Source: Acanthaster planci (taxonomy: Eukaryota). From it: a stretch of 64,000 bases of DNA. A program made the position numbers and the translations under genes. Under the pieces are notes generated by a model, which saw only the letters and a program-made list of their open reading frames with translations, was not told the origin of the DNA and made no database searches. Positions 63,891 through 64,000 of the stretch are shown in pieces (within the stretch, counting starts at the first letter, position 1; each line of letters starts with the position of its first letter). The stretch spans positions 2,453,920 to 2,517,919 of the forward strand of contig NW_019091357.1 in the NCBI RefSeq assembly GCF_001949145.1, written 5' to 3'.

Positions 63891-64000
63891 CTGGAAAAGA
63901 AACCAACCCCGCAAGACACTTACTTAAAGAGGGACAAACATAGAATTACTGCTATGGAGACAAAACGTGAGAAATGCGGTCGGAAGTTCGATGTCGTCTA

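Overview
This window is intron-containing eukaryotic DNA from a draft assembly with N gaps and probable haplotype duplications. The repeat content and domain repertoire suggest a marine invertebrate deuterostome, probably an echinoderm such as a sea star (inference). From about 6.5 to 44.8 kb the minus strand carries three tandem paralogous multi-exon genes (A, B, C) encoding large extracellular proteins. All three share the N-terminal chain signal peptide-WxxW(CysD)-LamG/ConA-like-Ig-WxxW-WxxW-Ig. B and C arise from a head-to-tail ~11.8-kb duplication and continue LamG-Ig-Thr-rich stalk-TM-cytoplasmic tail. A instead continues discoidin (F5/8C)-Ig x4 with no visible TM. The paralogs show exon-limited sequence homogenisation, a variable patch in the first LamG domain, a lectin-like module swap and a precise intron loss. 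The window also holds a small PAN/apple-domain exon (+), an SLC16/MCT-family transporter gene (+), the 3' part of an SRCR-WSC-CUB receptor with a Tyr-rich tail (-), a decayed spliced pseudogene-like region (1.1-6.5 kb, -), and many MITE/SINE-like repeats. Exon boundaries were read by eye from GT-AG sites and checked for phase consistency. No database searches were run.
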